Shown piece after piece: positions 60,484-64,000 of a DNA stretch of 64,000 nucleotides (position 1 is its first letter; each line of letters starts with the position of its first letter). The stretch is from assembly GCF_018350175.1 (NCBI RefSeq), contig NC_058368.1, positions 9,238,001-9,302,000 on the forward strand, in the 5' to 3' direction. The notes beneath the pieces were generated by a model. The model was not told the DNA's origin. It worked only from the letters and a program-made list of their open reading frames with translations, and ran no database searches. Position numbers and translations under genes: made by a program. This DNA comes from Felis catus. Its lineage: Eukaryota.

Positions 60484-61769
60484 GTTCCTACTGCCATTCT
60501 GCCGCCCCCCCCCCCCCCCCCCCCGCTGAGTCTTGCCCCTGAGTCTCCCCCAACCTCTCTGCTCTCCAGACATCTGGCTGATGCGTCGTCACTGCTCCGA
60601 CTTTGCCCTGGTCCCAATCTCATTTATTACTGGGTGCCTATTCCGTGGAGGGGAGGCGTATACAAAGACGAAACAGAACCAGGGCCTCCCCCACCCCCGT
60701 CTCCCCATAAGGGTCTGACCTGTCTCCTGCCGGGTTGGCATCTGCCCCAGGCTATAGAACAGGGGGAGTCGGTCCTATAAAGGCAGCGCCTTCCAATCCG
60801 CTTAGGCACACAAAGCAAATCCTGCAAATAGGGCACTAAGAAGAAGACACATGGCCAACGAAGATCTGGCAGCTCTTAGTGGACCACACAGGGAACGTGA
60901 GTCGGCTTGCTGCCGTGGTTTTAAGAGGCGTGAATGAGCTCCGGGTGAGCCGCCTGTAAGGGCTTCTGATGGTGCCCAGAGGAAGGCTGTCTTCTGCAGC
61001 CCCAGACTGCCCTTCTCACCTCACAAATGCGTGTCACTGGCCTCAAGGGACAGGCGAAAGGAAGTGATGGATCGACTAGACAAGGAGGGAAGGACAAGCC
61101 AGCTCTCCACTAAAGCATGCCCGGAGCACGGGTCCCCCGGGGGCCTCTTCCCAAGTCACCAGCTGAGCTCAGTCCCCTCTCCCCACCCCGGCTCCTTCTC
61201 AACTGCTGTCCAGGAGGAGAAAGGCAGGTGCCTTCATACCCTTTCCACTTCCCCTCCCCCAGCCTGCAGGCCCCGCCCAGTGGTGTCACAGCAGTAAATA
61301 ATCACTGGGCCCAGGTGGCCTCTGGCAGGGCTTTCTAGCAAACAGGCCACCTCTGACGAAAGCAGCCCAAACAGCTGAGCAGTTAGAAAGTGGCAGCAGT
61401 CACACGCTGGGTCAGCCCTGCAGGAAATGAGAGGGCAATAAATATTCAGCAGCCACACCTGCCCACCCCCAATGCAGCGAGATCTCTGAAGAGGATGCTT
61501 ACCTCCAAATGGGTCCCTCTCCCCAGTGGGCGCCAAGCTACTTTGAGCTCAAACACTGATTGGCTGGGCTAAAGACAGGTTCATGGTGCACTGTGCCCAG
61601 GCGCCTGTTGGGGGGGGGGGCGGGCGGGTGGAGTGGGGGGGGGCACCTCTCAGCCACCCAGCCTTGGGACAATGTGGAGTCACCCTGGGGAAACCCCAGA
61701 GCAATTGCACCAGAACGCCAGGGGTGAGAGGGTGGGGTGGAACCCAGGAGTTAGGATTATAAAAAGAAT

Positions 61770-61886
61770 CTTTTTAGACCTTTATTTGGAAATAATTTTA
61801 AACTTGCTGACAAGTTGCAAGAGTAAACTTGGGACTTGTTCTATCAGGAACATTTTAATCTATTTGCTTTATCATTTCTCTCTTTC

Positions 61887-61924
<38 letters not shown>

Positions 61925-62050
61925 ACATTAAAATTTTTTCCTGGTCCTTTGCCCCTAAATACCTTGGTTTGTATGTACTTCCTAAGGATGGGGACATCCT
62001 TCTATAGACGGTGATTAACTTCAATAAATTTAACATTGTTACAATACTTT
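61770..62050 (-). mobile_element. Old L1 (L1MC-like) fragment with (CA)n
   Basis: tttggaaataattttaaactt..aagttgcaa..cccctaaatacctt..ttcctaagga..ggacatccttcta. Confidence 0.6.
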
Positions 62051-62258
62051 TGGAACCAGTCTGGTTTCTCACACTCCAGGTGAGCTCCGTGTAAAGCCAA
62101 GTGTGAGAGGCACTGGGGTCACTAAAACTCCCCCCCTAGGATCTTGGTTCCTGGTGAAGTGAGAGAAGTGAGAGGATTCATTTTCAGAATTAGCAGATAA
62201 AAGCTGTGCTGTCTAGTTAACAACAGGTTTATAACCTATTGGAGATATGTACGAACGG

Positions 62259-62259
<1 letters not shown>

Positions 62260-62290
<31 letters not shown>
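62260..62290. repeat. (CA)n microsatellite
   Basis: Directly visible. Confidence 0.9.
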
Positions 62291-62292
<2 letters not shown>

Positions 62293-62379
62293 TGGAGTCC
62301 CAAACCCTTAGACACTTCACTTCCTGGTTTTTCTTCCTCTCTTCATTTCAGAAGCTTATTTTTTCGCGGGCTTTGCAAT

Positions 62380-62695
62380 GAGCATGTGCCAAAGAACTGA
62401 AGTCTCTGTGTCACCTCAAGGAATGTACCTTTGTTCCAATCAGACTACTTTTTTTTTTTTGCCTTGCATGGGCACAGGCGACTTCCGGGCAAGACCGTAA
62501 CCCCTGTAGTCCTCAGCCAATGAGAAATCAGGGGAGGGACTTCACGCTAGGAGGTAAATTGCCTGCTGTAACTGCCCAGAGTGTCCCTGTCCATGGGACA
62601 CCGCTCTTGCAAGAACATTGATTAAAGCGTCACTTCACTGTGCCTCAAGTCTCCGTGTCCCTCCTTTGATTGGGTCAGTGGGCTTATATCTCACA
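62380..62695 (+). mobile_element. ERV LTR fragment (possibly MER110-like)
   Basis: CCAAT box, ATTAAA signal, ends gattgggtcagtgggctt..tctcaca; 5' boundary uncertain. Confidence 0.5.
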
Positions 62696-63064
62696 TGAAG
62701 GAAGCAGAAAGGAGGTTGATGGCCAGACTAGGTTTTCCAGCTCACTGGGATTCCAGCAGAACAAACTGGTCCATGCACAAAGGAGATGCAGAAGAAGTCT
62801 GGGTCTGAAGTGTCACTCTCAAAAGCCACATTTCTGAGACCCTCCCCCTTTCTTCTTCCATCCCAGGGCTCCATTTCCCCCTGGGGGACCTCTCGCGACT
62901 GAGGCTTATTTGATAAGCAGCAAGTGATTTGTTAGCAATCTAATGTAGTGCAACAGCCTACTGAGAAATGACCATGAGCTTGGTTCATACTACTTTGGAC
63001 TTTTATAACGAAAATAAGTATGTCCCCTTCCTTACAAATCATCCTCACAGCCTTTGAAGAGGAG

Positions 63065-63480
63065 TGTGATGGTTATAACTGTATGTGTCAACTTGACTGG
63101 GTCACAGGGTGCCCAGTATTTGGTTAAACATTATTCAGGGTGTCTGTGAGGGTGTTTCTGGAGATTAACATTTGAATCCGTAGTCCGAGTAAAGCAGATC
63201 GCCCTCCCCAATCATTCAACCCAAGGACGGCCTGAATAGAGCAAAAAGCTGGGTAAGGGAGAATTCACTCTCTGCCTGACTGTCTCAAGCTGGGACTCAG
63301 CCTTCTTCTGCCTTCGGACTTGAACTTAGACTGGAACTAACATCAGCTGTTCTGGGCCTCCAGCTTGCAGACTGTAGATTTGGGGAGTTTTCAGCTTCCA
63401 TAACCACAGGAACCAGTTTCTTAAAATGTATATGTATGATATATTTGGTTCTGTTTCTCTGGAGAATCCAGACCGATGCA
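63065..63480 (+). mobile_element. MLT2B-like ERVL LTR
   Basis: tgtgatggtta..tatgtgtcaacttgactggg..gagattaacatttgaatc..gagtaaagcagat..ggttctgtttctctggagaa. Confidence 0.92.
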
Positions 63481-64000
63481 AGAAGTGAGCTGGAGTTTTC
63501 CAGAAGAGAAAGAAATGGGGTAGAGAAAGTTGAAGAAGGATTTTCCAACCTGGAAGGTGGTAGTTGGATATTCAGAGATGGGATGGTGGGTTGTAGGCTC
63601 TTCAGGGAACTGACCTCCTCAAAGGTAAGTTCTTTGAGGTGGCACATTCTCAAGTAGGGATGGCTGGAAAGGGCTGGGCAGAGAGTGCCAGGGTCCTGGG
63701 ACCCAGGTGAAGATCCTCTAGGGCTGAGCCTGGCCCAGGGTGGATGGAGCTACCACACAGGCCTTTAAGGAGCCACTCTGGCTTGGCTGGAAGCCAGGCA
63801 GGTGGATATCTCCAGGTAGAGCCAGAGGGAAATGCAGGACCAGCTCTACCGGCAGTCTAGGTGACATCCAAGAGATGTGGTGGGATGAAACACGTTAAAA
63901 CCTCAGGTATCTTATATACCCTTGGGAAGGCAAGGAGACCAGAAAATGACCCATACTGGATTTCCAGTTTTCCCTAAGTGTCAAGAAGTAGTTGACATCC

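Overview
This is mammalian nuclear DNA, very likely felid, judged from about 36 tRNA-derived CAN-SINEs that include young SINEC_Fc-type copies with intact CpGs and clear target-site duplications (TSDs). I recognise no protein-coding gene, rRNA, true tRNA or CRISPR array, so the window looks intronic or intergenic; the ORF track is mostly SINE translations and chance ORFs. Older repeats include MIR, L2, L3/CR1, L1M fragments, MER5/MER33 DNA transposons, MaLR and MLT2 LTRs and several ERV solo LTRs. Subfamily names come from recalled consensus motifs, not a database search. The most unusual structure is a ~340-bp composite insertion at 42069-42410. It consists of two inverted copies of unique neighbouring DNA (43138-43337 and 41071-41212), is flanked by a ~34-bp duplication and is joined by 1-3 bp microhomologies. 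Other points of interest are an old ~220-bp local duplication, repeated SINE insertion at one target site, a tail-less SINE, a strong CTCF motif and a possible homeobox relic.
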